In this document: one piece after another, positions 7,658-17,525 of the stretch
Numbering within the stretch: the stretch's first letter is position 1
How the letters are laid out: every line of letters begins with the position of its first letter
Origin: Deltaproteobacteria bacterium
GTDB lineage: Bacteria > Myxococcota > Kuafuiibacteriia > Kuafuiibacteriales > Kuafuiibacteriaceae
Length of the DNA stretch: 64,000 nt
Direction of reading: 5' to 3'
Assembly: GCA_040218735.1 (NCBI GenBank)
Contig: JAVJQW010000015.1
Span: 91,779-155,778 of the forward strand
The notes under the pieces: model-generated
Database searches by the model: none
What the model was told of the DNA's origin: nothing
Seen by the model: only the letters and a program-made list of their open reading frames with translations
Translations under genes and position numbers: made by a program

Positions 7658-10600
7658 GTGGACCGATTCTGCCGAAGCGCCTTCGCCGCCGTCTGCCTCC
7701 TCCACGCCTTGGGCTGCACCGAGGCGGCGACCTTCGAGCTGACGATGTCGTGGGCGGACGGCGCACCCGAGGGCGAGACACTCTTCGTCTTCGTGCGGGT
7801 GGAGGAGGGCGGGCGAATCCTCGGACGCACGCCGGGCGCGCGCCTCGAGCGCGGCGTCGGGCTCGAGGTCCCTGACATCCCAATCGGCGCGGAGCGTGTG
7901 GTCGTCATCGAGCTGCGCGAGGCGAACGATCCTACGGCGCCGCTCCGCTACTACGGCGTCTCGGAGCCGTTCGATCTGAACGCAGGCGAGCACGTCGTGG
8001 TGGACGTGCGCGTCGCGCTGGTGGGGCCGCCGACGGTGACGAAGGTCGAGGTCGTTCCGGATCGCGTCGAGGGTTACGTGCGCACTTCGACGGCGCGCGT
8101 CGAGCTCTCGGCGGTCGGCGCTACGCGGGCATTGCTGTCGAACCTCCCGAGCTTCACCGAGTCGGCCAGCGCGCCGCTCGGGCTCGACGCGACGGGGGCC
8201 GCGAGCACGACGTGGGATCTCGATCGAGGCCTCGGCACCCCCTGTGCGCAGGGCCGCGTCTGCCCGCGGACGTTGTACGTTCGTTTCGTCGACGACGAGG
8301 GCGTGCGTTCGGAGCTCGTCGACGTGCCGGTGGTCGTCGACCGACAGCGCCCGGACGTGGTTCCGGGCTCGGTCGTCTTCTCGATCGGTTCGCCCACTCC
8401 GCTGCTGCCCGACGTCGAGCGAGCCGGCGATGGTGCGTCGCTCTCGATCTCGTTCACCGCGAACGAGGAGCTCACGGAAGCGCCGAGCGTCACTGCGGTC
8501 GGGCCGGGGGTGATTCGGTGGTCGGAGCTCTCCGCATCCGGGCCCTCGTACTTCGGAGTCGTGGACATCGACGACTCCATCCCCGAGGGGACCTACGCCA
8601 TTCGCATCGCACTTACCGATCGTGCGGGGCACCGCGGCTGGGTCGAGCCCGGCGTCGAGTTCGAGTTGGATCTACGTCGACCGTCGGCGCCCGACGTCAC
8701 GAAAATTCGACTCGAACGGTCTCCGTGGACCTCGTTCGCGCACGGCTTCGACATCTGGCTCGTCGCGGAAGCAGGCGCGGTCGAGCCGGGCTCGATCGTC
8801 CGCGTGGTGCATCCAACGCTCGGCGAGGTCGGTCGCGCGCGCGCCGCCGCCGACGGCGCCTTTCCGCTCCTGGGCCTGACGTCCCCCGACGCCCCCGTCG
8901 TGAGCGTCCAGTCGATCGACGACGCCGGCAACGTGTCCGAGCTCGTGCCGATTCAGGACGGTCTCTGGGTGGCTTCGCTCGAGGGCAAGGTTTCGGGTTC
9001 GGCCACACCCAATCCGCACGACGTTTGGATCGCCAACGGGGTGCGCCCCGCGCTGCACCAGGACTCGGAGGCGATCGGTACGCTCCCTTCCATCACGCAG
9101 CTCGACCGGCTCGCCGTGCTCGACGACGACGATCCTGTCAACCTCGTGAGCACCTATCGCTGGACGGCACTCGACCCCGTGACACCTCCCCCCGCACGAA
9201 CGCGTACGGGCCTCGCGTTCGACGGCGCGCGCGGGCTCGTGATCACCTCGGGCGGCGCGCGAACGGACTACCCCGCGCGCGACGACACGTTCGAATGGGA
9301 CGGACGGACGTGGCGAGAATTGCGATCGAGTCTGCGGCCGGCGCCGGGACGCGCGGCGATGGCCTGGGATGCCGTGCGCGGCGAGACAGTGCTCGTCGAC
9401 GAAGGCGGTAGCACGTACACGACGACGGGTGAGGGCTGGGTCGCGGCGGGTTTCGGTGGCCCGACGCCGTACCCCACGCAGATGACCTACGACACCGATC
9501 GTGGGTTGGTCCTCGCGGCCGACGCCTCCGGGTTGTGGGTATGGGATGGCGCGCGGTGGCAGATGGATCCCGAGATTCCACCGCCCCCTGATGGCCTCGG
9601 GGCGCTCGCCTACGACGAGACACGCGGGTGCCTGGTGAGTTTCAGTGGCGCCACGGTGTCCATGACCGTCGAGCACTGCGGGCAGGGGTGGGTAACGGGG
9701 CCGCCCGCCCCGACCTCACCCGTCCTCGGGGCGTCGAGCGCGCTGGTCTACGATAGGTCCGAGCGTCGTCTCATCACTTGGATCGGCGACTCGACGCACG
9801 TGTACACAAACGGTGCGTGGGTCGAGCTCGCCCAGAGCGTCCAGATCCGAAACGCGGGACTCACGTATGATCACCACGCCGGCCGCGTGTTCTCCTTCGG
9901 TGGAGATTTCAACTTCAGCAACTTCGACTTCTTCGGGCAGCTCCTGGAGAACCGCTGGACGCCCGTTTCCACCGTGGGGGGACCACCCGGGATCGGCGTC
10001 ACCGCCGCATACGATCCGACGCGTGACGTCGTCGTCGCGCTCGCGAGCTCGGGGACGGGGTTGTGGAACGGCGAAGTGTGGACGACCTGCAACGCGACCC
10101 GCCCCGTGGGGTTCAGCGGGCGGAACGCGGTCACGTTCTCCCCTTCGCTGAATCGCGTAGTCTACATGGCGGCCGGGCAGGTGTATGGGTTCGTCGATGG
10201 CTGTAGCTGGGCCTCGCTGGGGCCGGCGCCGACGCCGTCCTCGATCGCCTACGACGCAGCCAACGATCGCATCATCGCCGTCGGAGCCACACAGACGCAC
10301 GCGTGGACGCCCTTGACCGGTTCGGTCGTCATCGCGTCCGGTCATTCGAGTCTGTCGCTCGCGTACGATGCGGCGAGCTCGCGCGTGGTGGGTTACGACG
10401 GGCAAGCCATCTTGCAGATCGTCGGCGGCGCGTGGACGGTCGCGTCGACCTACGGGACGCCGCCGACGCTCACGAACCCACGTCTCTTTGCGAGGGGGAG
10501 CGGGGAGCTGATCGCGGCCGGTGACGAAGGCATGTGGCGGCACACCGCGGCGGGGTGGAGCCGGATCCGGATCCGCGGCGGTGCGCCGTCGTGGCAGCAG

Positions 10601-11083
10601 CGCAGCGCCGTGTACGATCCGGTTCGCGGCGACCTGCTGATGTTGCCGGGTGGCGGCAGCGCGCTCGGAACGTATCGTCTTCCGCTCGGACAGCCCGAGG
10701 CGGCCGTCGTCGTGCTGCGCGTGGACCCGCTGTCGATCGGCGTCCCGGTCACTTCGCTCGGTACGCTCGAGGTTACGGCGCGCGGCGGCGCGGTGGGGTA
10801 CGTCGACGGCTCGACCTCGCCCGAAGCGGGGCTCGCGATCGAGCGATGGGACACGACGACCTCGACCTGGATCGAGGTGGTCGCGAAGGACGCCTCCACG
10901 CCCGACGCCGTCTCCACGGTGACCGGCTTCGTCTCCGCCGCGGATGTGTCTCGATCGCTGTTCGGGCGGGACCCGAAGATCTACCTGCGCGTTCGCCCGC
11001 GTCGGGCCGAGACGAACGGCGCCGGCCCCGCGCGTTTGGTGCTGGACGGGATCCAGGTCGCCGTCGCGTACACGGCCGGGTGA
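7658..11083 (+). CDS. Large lipoprotein with Ig-like domains and kelch-like beta-propeller repeats
   Basis: Lipobox LLHALGC; TDRAGH/DDAGNVS Ig-type strands; repeated AYD...RG.V...W.WDG..W blades. Confidence 0.8.
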   Translation: MDRFCRSAFAAVCLLHALGCTEAATFELTMSWADGAPEGETLFVFVRVEEGGRILGRTPGARLERGVGLEVPDIPIGAERVVVIELREANDPTAPLRYYGVSEPFDLNAGEHVVVDVRVALVGPPTVTKVEVVPDRVEGYVRTSTARVELSAVGATRALLSNLPSFTESASAPLGLDATGAASTTWDLDRGLGTPCAQGRVCPRTLYVRFVDDEGVRSELVDVPVVVDRQRPDVVPGSVVFSIGSPTPLLPDVERAGDGASLSISFTANEELTEAPSVTAVGPGVIRWSELSASGPSYFGVVDIDDSIPEGTYAIRIALTDRAGHRGWVEPGVEFELDLRRPSAPDVTKIRLERSPWTSFAHGFDIWLVAEAGAVEPGSIVRVVHPTLGEVGRARAAADGAFPLLGLTSPDAPVVSVQSIDDAGNVSELVPIQDGLWVASLEGKVSGSATPNPHDVWIANGVRPALHQDSEAIGTLPSITQLDRLAVLDDDDPVNLVSTYRWTALDPVTPPPARTRTGLAFDGARGLVITSGGARTDYPARDDTFEWDGRTWRELRSSLRPAPGRAAMAWDAVRGETVLVDEGGSTYTTTGEGWVAAGFGGPTPYPTQMTYDTDRGLVLAADASGLWVWDGARWQMDPEIPPPPDGLGALAYDETRGCLVSFSGATVSMTVEHCGQGWVTGPPAPTSPVLGASSALVYDRSERRLITWIGDSTHVYTNGAWVELAQSVQIRNAGLTYDHHAGRVFSFGGDFNFSNFDFFGQLLENRWTPVSTVGGPPGIGVTAAYDPTRDVVVALASSGTGLWNGEVWTTCNATRPVGFSGRNAVTFSPSLNRVVYMAAGQVYGFVDGCSWASLGPAPTPSSIAYDAANDRIIAVGATQTHAWTPLTGSVVIASGHSSLSLAYDAASSRVVGYDGQAILQIVGGAWTVASTYGTPPTLTNPRLFARGSGELIAAGDEGMWRHTAAGWSRIRIRGGAPSWQQRSAVYDPVRGDLLMLPGGGSALGTYRLPLGQPEAAVVVLRVDPLSIGVPVTSLGTLEVTARGGAVGYVDGSTSPEAGLAIERWDTTTSTWIEVVAKDASTPDAVSTVTGFVSAADVSRSLFGRDPKIYLRVRPRRAETNGAGPARLVLDGIQVAVAYTAG

Positions 11084-11122
11084 GCGCGTGAGTTTCCGGG
11101 GGGGCGCGGCATATCCCCCCGC

Positions 11123-12079
11123 ATGAGAACCACCTTCGTCACTACCTTCCTCGTGCTCTCTTCGTCCTCCGCCGCGTTCGCGGCGGGGGGAAACTGTCCG
11201 ACCGCGCCCCTCAACTACGACGCTGCGTCCTGCAGTGCCTTCTGTGCCCGCAACTCGTCGGACAACACACAGTTCCTCTGCGACATCACCGCGCAGCCGG
11301 GAGACAACGCCGTCGTGGTCGTGAAGAACTACCGACCGATCCTCATCGCAGGTACGCAGCGATACTCCGCGTGGGGTTCGGCCAACGGCGCCGCGTTCTG
11401 TTGCACCACGGACTCGACCGCCGCAGCTCCGGTCAACTCGGTGAAGGTCCTCACCGGCGACGGGGACGACGAGATCTGGTTCACCGCCTTCCATACGAAC
11501 GGAAGCGTGCGCAACCTGAACAGCAACACGAACCAGACCGTCGCCGGCCGGTTCACGGGGTACGCGTACCCCGGTGAGGGCGATGACTACGTGCAGGGCT
11601 CCAACAGCAAGGCGAGTGACTATCGTGACTACCTCACCGGTGAGGACGGCCGCGACACGATCCACGGCAACAAGGGCCCCGACTTCATCTCCGTCGCGCA
11701 GACCCGCGTCCCCGGTGTCTACTCGGCGAACAACGACGGTGAGTCCGTCTACGGTGACAACGGGCGGGACGAGATCGAAGGCGCCACGAACAGCATCACG
11801 GCGGCCGACACGATCATCGTCTCGGGCGGCGCCCAGAATGACCTGCTCTGCACGGGGCCGGTGAGTTACCTGACGGGGCAGCGCGTGATCTTCCTCGGCG
11901 GCGACGGCGACGACGAGATCTACAGCTACTCGTCGTTCATCGCCGGCAACGACGGCGCGATCTACGGGGAAGCGGGGAGCGACGGTTGTGACAACCCCGG
12001 CGGCAGCCCGGAGACGACGTGTGAGCGTCCGTTCACGCCGTCGAACTTCACGGCGTGGTCGCCCCTCGTCTGCAACTAA
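11123..12079 (+). CDS. Secreted Cys-rich protein with RTX-like Ca-binding motifs
   Basis: Signal peptide ending AFA; GDGDDEI, GEGDDYV, GEDGRDTI, GGDGDDEI repeats. Confidence 0.75.
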   Translation: MRTTFVTTFLVLSSSSAAFAAGGNCPTAPLNYDAASCSAFCARNSSDNTQFLCDITAQPGDNAVVVVKNYRPILIAGTQRYSAWGSANGAAFCCTTDSTAAAPVNSVKVLTGDGDDEIWFTAFHTNGSVRNLNSNTNQTVAGRFTGYAYPGEGDDYVQGSNSKASDYRDYLTGEDGRDTIHGNKGPDFISVAQTRVPGVYSANNDGESVYGDNGRDEIEGATNSITAADTIIVSGGAQNDLLCTGPVSYLTGQRVIFLGGDGDDEIYSYSSFIAGNDGAIYGEAGSDGCDNPGGSPETTCERPFTPSNFTAWSPLVCN

Positions 12080-12990
12080 CTCTTCATGCGTCCGAGCGCG
12101 TGGTCGACGACTTCGACCGCGGTCTGACCGCCTTTGATGCCGAAGTCGAGGGTGCGGATCGGGAACGGGATCGTGATGTCGTGGGCGTCGAACGCGCGCT
12201 TCACGGCCTTCATCGCGGACGACTTCGACCGGTTGTAGACGGACTGCTCACTCGACGAGACCCAGAACTTGGCCACGATGTTGATCGAGGAGTCGCCGAA
12301 CTCGTCCCAGTCGGTCTGGATCGCGGTGTCCGGCATTCTGTCGGGGAGCTTTTCGAGCGCCGCCCGGATGAGGTCTTCGACCGCCTGCAGGTTGGACGCG
12401 TAGGAGACCCCGACGCTGAATTCGACTCGGCGTCGCGCGTCGAGTGAGTAGTTCGTGAGCGCGTTCTGGAAGATGTCCTTGGAAGGGATGATGATGTGCT
12501 GCCCGTCGAGGTCCCGGATCGTGACGGAGCGTAGACCGATGCTGTCGACGTGCCCCTTGTAGCCGTTGGTCAGCACCAGATCGCCGACGCGCAAGGGGCG
12601 TTGCAGCGTGATGAACAGTCCCGAGATGAAGTTCGACGCCAGGTCCTGGAACGCAAAACTCAGCGCTAAGCCGACGACACCCGCGCCCGCGAGGATCGAC
12701 GTGACGGTCTTGTTCAGGTCCATCACCGACAGCGCGATGAACAAACCGACACACACGATCCCGAGGTTCGCGACGCCCGCGACGATGCGCGCGATCGGGT
12801 CGGGGAGCTTCGTGCGTACGAGGACCTTCCGCAGGGTGTTGCGGACGATCTTGCCGACGACGAACGCAAAGATGAGGACGAGGACGGCGACGACGAAGTT
12901 GGGGAGGTTCTTCATCCCCGCCTCGAACCATTCGACGAGGGTCGATTGAATCAGCTCGTAGGAGCGCCCGAAGGTCTCGGACCAGTTCAT
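12076..12990 (-). CDS. mscS: Small-conductance mechanosensitive channel
   Basis: GAGVVGLALSFAFQDLASNFISG, PLRVGD, FGDSSIN, ITIPFP motifs. Confidence 0.92.
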   Translation of the reverse strand: MNWSETFGRSYELIQSTLVEWFEAGMKNLPNFVVAVLVLIFAFVVGKIVRNTLRKVLVRTKLPDPIARIVAGVANLGIVCVGLFIALSVMDLNKTVTSILAGAGVVGLALSFAFQDLASNFISGLFITLQRPLRVGDLVLTNGYKGHVDSIGLRSVTIRDLDGQHIIIPSKDIFQNALTNYSLDARRRVEFSVGVSYASNLQAVEDLIRAALEKLPDRMPDTAIQTDWDEFGDSSINIVAKFWVSSSEQSVYNRSKSSAMKAVKRAFDAHDITIPFPIRTLDFGIKGGQTAVEVVDHALGRMKS

Positions 12991-12997
12991 CGGTACC

Positions 12998-14569
12998 TCA
13001 TACCTGCTCGACCTGACCGTCGGGCGTCACGTACTGCACGCGGTAGAGATCGCTGCGGCGCTGCGTGAACGGGCGCTCCGTGCCGTCGAGGCGGTTGCGT
13101 CGGATCAGCTCGAGGTCCAGGTCTTGGATGATGACGTTCTCGATGTTCGGCGGGCACTCCGACGCGATCGCGTCGCGCGAGAACGGGAAGTCCGACGGCG
13201 TGAAGATGCCCGACTGCGCGTAGTGGAGGTCGGCGTTGTCGACGAACGGGATCGTCCCGGTGCCGCCGGAGATGGCGACGTACAGCTGATTTTCGATCGC
13301 GCGGGCCTGCGCGCAGTGGCGCACGCGCAGGTACGCGTAGCGCTCTTCCGCCGAGAAGGGCACGAAGACGATGTTCGCGCCCTTGGCGGCGACGACGCGG
13401 CACAGCTCCGGGAACTGCACGTCGTATCCGACGAGGATCGCGATCTTGCCGCGGTCGGTGTCGAAGACCTGGAGCTTGCTGCCCGGCGCGACGCCCCACC
13501 ACCACGCTTCGTTCGGGCTGATGTGCAGCTTGTACTGGCTCTCGCGCGTGCCGTTGCGGCGGAACAGCCAGCCGACGTTGTACAGCTCCTCGTCCTCTTC
13601 CACGACGAGCTGCGAGCCGCCGATGATGTTGACGTTGTACTTCACGGCGAGGCCCGTGAAGAGCTCGAGGTACTGCGGCGTGTAAGCGGCGAGCCCGCGT
13701 GCTGCTTCGGCGGGGCGCTTCGCCTTCACGATCGACATGACCTGCGCCGTGAGCAGCTCGGGGAAGACGACGAAGTCGGACTTGTTGTCGGAGGCGACAT
13801 CGACGAAGTGCTCGCACTGCGAGGCGAAGTCTTCGAAGTCGTCGATCGGGCGCATCAGATACTGCACGACGCAAATGCGGACCGGCATCGTGCGTCGCAT
13901 CTGGCGGGTTCGAGCGTTGGCCGGCAGGTGCTCGATGTTCGGCCACTCGAGGAACGTCGCGTAGCCGCGCGACTCCGAGTCGGTCGGGAAGTAGTCGGGG
14001 ATGAGTCGTACGAGCTGAAAGCCGTTCGATGCCTGCACGGTGAGCACGGGATCGAATAGGCGCTTGCTCATGACTTCTTCGACGTAGTCGCGCGCCGACA
14101 TCTCGTCCGCGTACGTTCCGTACCCGGGGATGCGTCCACCGATGATGATGCGCTTGAGGTTGAACTCACGCGCGATCTGTTTGCGCACTTCGTACAGACG
14201 GCGCGCGAGCTTCATCCCACGGTGACGCGGGCTCACCATGATCTCGATGCCGTACATCGTGTCGCCGTCGTAGTCGTGGTTGCGGATGTAGCCGCTGTCG
14301 GCGATCTCCTTCCAGTTGTGCCACTCGTCGTACTCGGTGAAGTCGACGATCAGGCTGCACGACGACGCGACGATCTCCCCGTCGATCTCGATGACCACCT
14401 GGCCCTCTGGGAACATCTTGGTCTGGCTCTCGATGTGCCCGCGGAGCCACGGGGCCATCCCCGGGAAACACTCCAGCTGCAGCGCGGTCACGGCGTCGAA
14501 GTCGTCGAGGGTCATCTTGCGGACGACGATCTCGAAGGGGATCGGGGTGGTGCCATCGGCGGCGGTCAT
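12998..14569 (-). CDS. Bifunctional GNAT acetyltransferase / carbon-nitrogen hydrolase (nitrilase Cys replaced by Gly)
   Basis: GNAT: VSPRHRGMKLARRLY, GGRIPGY; nitrilase: FPEL, QYKLH, LVGYDVQFPE, ARAIENQ. Confidence 0.9.
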   Translation of the reverse strand: MTAADGTTPIPFEIVVRKMTLDDFDAVTALQLECFPGMAPWLRGHIESQTKMFPEGQVVIEIDGEIVASSCSLIVDFTEYDEWHNWKEIADSGYIRNHDYDGDTMYGIEIMVSPRHRGMKLARRLYEVRKQIAREFNLKRIIIGGRIPGYGTYADEMSARDYVEEVMSKRLFDPVLTVQASNGFQLVRLIPDYFPTDSESRGYATFLEWPNIEHLPANARTRQMRRTMPVRICVVQYLMRPIDDFEDFASQCEHFVDVASDNKSDFVVFPELLTAQVMSIVKAKRPAEAARGLAAYTPQYLELFTGLAVKYNVNIIGGSQLVVEEDEELYNVGWLFRRNGTRESQYKLHISPNEAWWWGVAPGSKLQVFDTDRGKIAILVGYDVQFPELCRVVAAKGANIVFVPFSAEERYAYLRVRHCAQARAIENQLYVAISGGTGTIPFVDNADLHYAQSGIFTPSDFPFSRDAIASECPPNIENVIIQDLDLELIRRNRLDGTERPFTQRRSDLYRVQYVTPDGQVEQV

Positions 14570-14630
14570 TCCGCGTCATGTGAATGAAGTTGCGCCTGCT
14601 GTCGAGGTGTCTCGCGCGGATTGCGATACA

Positions 14631-15281
14631 ATGTCCGCCATGGCGCGGCCCGTGAACGCCGACACCGAAGCCACCCAGGCCCGTATCCGCGACGCCGCGC
14701 TCGAGCTGTTGGCGGAGCGGATGACCGGGGACCTGTCGATTCGGGAGGTGTCGAGACGCGCGGACGTCAGCGTCAGCCTCATCAACCACTACTTCGACAG
14801 CAAGGAAGGGCTGCTCAAGGCGTGCATCGACACGATGTACCTGGAGCTGGAGTCGGCCCGCGACCAGGCGCTCGCCCACGCGATGGAGTTCGCCGACGCG
14901 TACGCGTTCATCGAGGCAACCGTCCGTGCCGGCTTCGTTTTTGCCTGTGAGCACCGGCCGATCATGCGCGCGCTGGTGGGGCTCGTTCTCCACAACGGCG
15001 AGCTCCCGGAGACCGGCAGAAACCGAATCCAGGTGCCCTTCCTCGACCAGTGGTCCGAGCAGATCGCGAGCCTGCTCGGGTGCACGAAACACGAGGCGCG
15101 GCTGACGCTCCAGAGCATCGCCTTCCTCACCTCGCGCTACTCGATCGCGACGACCAAGGAGCTCGTCCCGATCGTCGGCCTCGGGGAAGGGGTGCCGCCG
15201 GAGAAGCTCCGCGAGGAGGTCGCCGACCACCTCGCGATGGCGTCCCGCGCCCTCCTGCGCAGCCTCGACCGCCGCGCATGA
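14631..15281 (+). CDS. TetR/AcrR family transcriptional regulator
   Basis: TQARIRDAALEL...SIREVSRRADVSVSLINHYFDSKEGL HTH; ATGA overlap with the next gene. Confidence 0.9.
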   Translation: MSAMARPVNADTEATQARIRDAALELLAERMTGDLSIREVSRRADVSVSLINHYFDSKEGLLKACIDTMYLELESARDQALAHAMEFADAYAFIEATVRAGFVFACEHRPIMRALVGLVLHNGELPETGRNRIQVPFLDQWSEQIASLLGCTKHEARLTLQSIAFLTSRYSIATTKELVPIVGLGEGVPPEKLREEVADHLAMASRALLRSLDRRA

Positions 15282-16297
15282 AGGAGCGGGTCGAGGAGGC
15301 CGTCCGGCGGGCGCTCGCGTACCTCGCGGCCGCCCAGCTCGACCACGGGGAGTGGCCGGTCCTGCAGAGCCCCGAGCCGACGCTGCAGCGCGAGGCGACG
15401 CTCGACAGCACGCCGTTCGCGACCGCGCTCATCCTTCACGGGCTGCGGTTCGCGGATCCTGCTGAGGCCCGGACGGCGATCGACAAGGGGTGTGCGTTCC
15501 TCCTCGCCGAGATGCGCGGCGAAGGGTTGTGGACCTACTGGTCGTCGTACAACCCGGCCTTTCAGGAGGCGCCGCCGGACATCGACGACATCAGCTGCAT
15601 CTCGTACGTCCTTCGCCACTACGGACACACGTTCGCGAGCGCGCGCGAGATCATCTTGGACCACCGCAACGAGGAAGGTCTGTTCTACACGTGGCTCCTC
15701 CCGCGCGCCGAGTCTTCACCGCGACTCAAGGCGGCGCTCGAGGCCGAGTGGCACCCCAGCCTCGCGCAGGTGATGGCGTCGATGTCCCTGCGCGACGTCG
15801 TGGACACCGCGGTCAACGCCAACGCGCTGTTGTTCCTCGGCGAGTCCGATCCGCGAACGCACGCTTCGCGCGACGCGGTGGTTCGGCGCGTCCTTGCCGG
15901 AACCGAGGTCGACGGCGGTGACTACTATTTGGGGCCCGTGATCATCTGGTACTTCGTCGCGCGCGCGTTCGCGAACGGCGTGCGTGGGTTCGGGGCGGTG
16001 CGTGACCATGTCATCGCGCGTGTCCCGGATGAGTTGTCCGACCCGACTCCGCAGACGCTGGCGCTGGCGATTTGTACACTGTTCGATTTCGACGGCGCCG
16101 TCGAGGAGCCGTGGATCGAATCCTTGCTCGACTCACAGGCCGACGACGGGAGCTGGCCGCGGGAGACCGCGTACATCTACGGGGACCGCGAGTCGGGTTC
16201 CGCCTATTTCTACGGGTCGGAGTCACTCACGACCGGCTTCTGTCTCGAAGCGTTGGCGCGTTATTCTCTCGCGCGTGGAGCGCGGAAGCACGCCTGA
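15278..16297 (+). CDS. Single-domain class II terpene cyclase-like (prenyltransferase/squalene-cyclase repeat) protein
   Basis: QW motifs QLDHGEW and QADDGSW; acidic DxDD motif PPDIDD; 339 aa, consistent with one alpha6/alpha6 barrel. Confidence 0.72.
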   Translation: MKERVEEAVRRALAYLAAAQLDHGEWPVLQSPEPTLQREATLDSTPFATALILHGLRFADPAEARTAIDKGCAFLLAEMRGEGLWTYWSSYNPAFQEAPPDIDDISCISYVLRHYGHTFASAREIILDHRNEEGLFYTWLLPRAESSPRLKAALEAEWHPSLAQVMASMSLRDVVDTAVNANALLFLGESDPRTHASRDAVVRRVLAGTEVDGGDYYLGPVIIWYFVARAFANGVRGFGAVRDHVIARVPDELSDPTPQTLALAICTLFDFDGAVEEPWIESLLDSQADDGSWPRETAYIYGDRESGSAYFYGSESLTTGFCLEALARYSLARGARKHA

Positions 16298-17525
16298 TGC
16301 ACCGGACCCGTTCGACGCCCTCGCGGCGGACGTCCGGCGACGCTGGGCGAAGGCGGGATTCGGTACGGACTGTTTCTGCGAGGTCGCGAGCGAGGCGCTG
16401 GACCAAGCGGAGCTGCATCGCTTGGGCAAGACCGCGCTCCTGAACCTGGCGATCGCCCGGATCGATCGCGGCGCGCACCGCGCTTGTTTTCACGGGGCCG
16501 ACAACGTCGTCCCGATCTTCGCGGACGACAAGTTCATCATGACGTTCCACCTGTGGCGTCACACGTTCGGCAATCCGCATTCGCATGAATGGAATGGCGC
16601 CTTTCAGAACCTCACCGACCCCGTCGTCTACGCGGACTACGCCTTCGAGACGACGTGGCGACTCAACCACGACCTCGAGATCGGCCGCCTGACGCAGGAG
16701 CGCCTCTCGGTCCTGCAGCCGGGCGCGATCGTCAGCGTCGAACGCGACCGGAGTGTGCACGGGTTCGGGCACACGGGGTTGCCGGGGCTGACGGTCGCCG
16801 TTCGCTCCCGCGACGCGTACGGCCACACCTACGACTACTGGGGCGACGCGCTCCGCGTGACGAACGGCGCGACCGACGAAGTCGACGAGGGCGCGACGCT
16901 GCGCGCCCGATTGCTCACCAACCTCCGGAGCGTCTTGGAAGCGGACTTCGAAGTACGCCTCGTCGAGAGCGTTCGCGCGGGGGGCCTGCGGGAGAACGTC
17001 CTGCTCGCGCTGCGCCTCGTGGAGCGTGACCCGCAGCTGCACACCGAGGTCTTCGCGGCCTTCATGAAGACGGAGCCGGCGGCGTCGGTCGCGTCGAGCG
17101 TCGAAGCGGCGCTCGTCGACAAGGCGCGGCACCACCAGGCGCTGTCGATGTTCGAGGATGCGTCTACGCCGGCCGAGCGTTTCCTCGTCTCGCTGCTGCG
17201 TTTTGCTCCGGACGGCTCACGCCTTCGCGCGCTGGTCGCCGAGCACGCTGCGCAGCTCGGTATCGAGCCCTCGGGTTTTTCGGCGGCGCTGGGTCAGGTC
17301 GCTCGCCGATCCGGTGCGCGTTACCTCACGGGACCAGAGCGACTCCGCAATATCGCCTTCGACGTACTGGAGTCCCTGCTCGAAGGAGATGCTCACGAGC
17401 GAACCGTCGAGAAGCTTGGCGCGCTCTACCGGATCGAGAACATCGACGACGTGGTTCGCAACATGATGAGTTGGCTCGCGTCGATGCCGGTATTTCAGAG
17501 TGTGCTGGGCGAGGTGAGAACTTGA
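16275..17525 (+). CDS. Cupin-fold (cysteine-dioxygenase-like) metalloprotein
   Basis: PHSHEWNGAF (HxH) plus distal VHGFGH; helical C-terminal half; start uncertain (GTG 16275). Confidence 0.55.
   Translation: MERGSTPDAPDPFDALAADVRRRWAKAGFGTDCFCEVASEALDQAELHRLGKTALLNLAIARIDRGAHRACFHGADNVVPIFADDKFIMTFHLWRHTFGNPHSHEWNGAFQNLTDPVVYADYAFETTWRLNHDLEIGRLTQERLSVLQPGAIVSVERDRSVHGFGHTGLPGLTVAVRSRDAYGHTYDYWGDALRVTNGATDEVDEGATLRARLLTNLRSVLEADFEVRLVESVRAGGLRENVLLALRLVERDPQLHTEVFAAFMKTEPAASVASSVEAALVDKARHHQALSMFEDASTPAERFLVSLLRFAPDGSRLRALVAEHAAQLGIEPSGFSAALGQVARRSGARYLTGPERLRNIAFDVLESLLEGDAHERTVEKLGALYRIENIDDVVRNMMSWLASMPVFQSVLGEVRT

Noticed and set aside
15278-16297. Housekeeping squalene-hopene cyclase
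   Set aside because: It is about half the expected length and no hopanoid pathway genes are adjacent.
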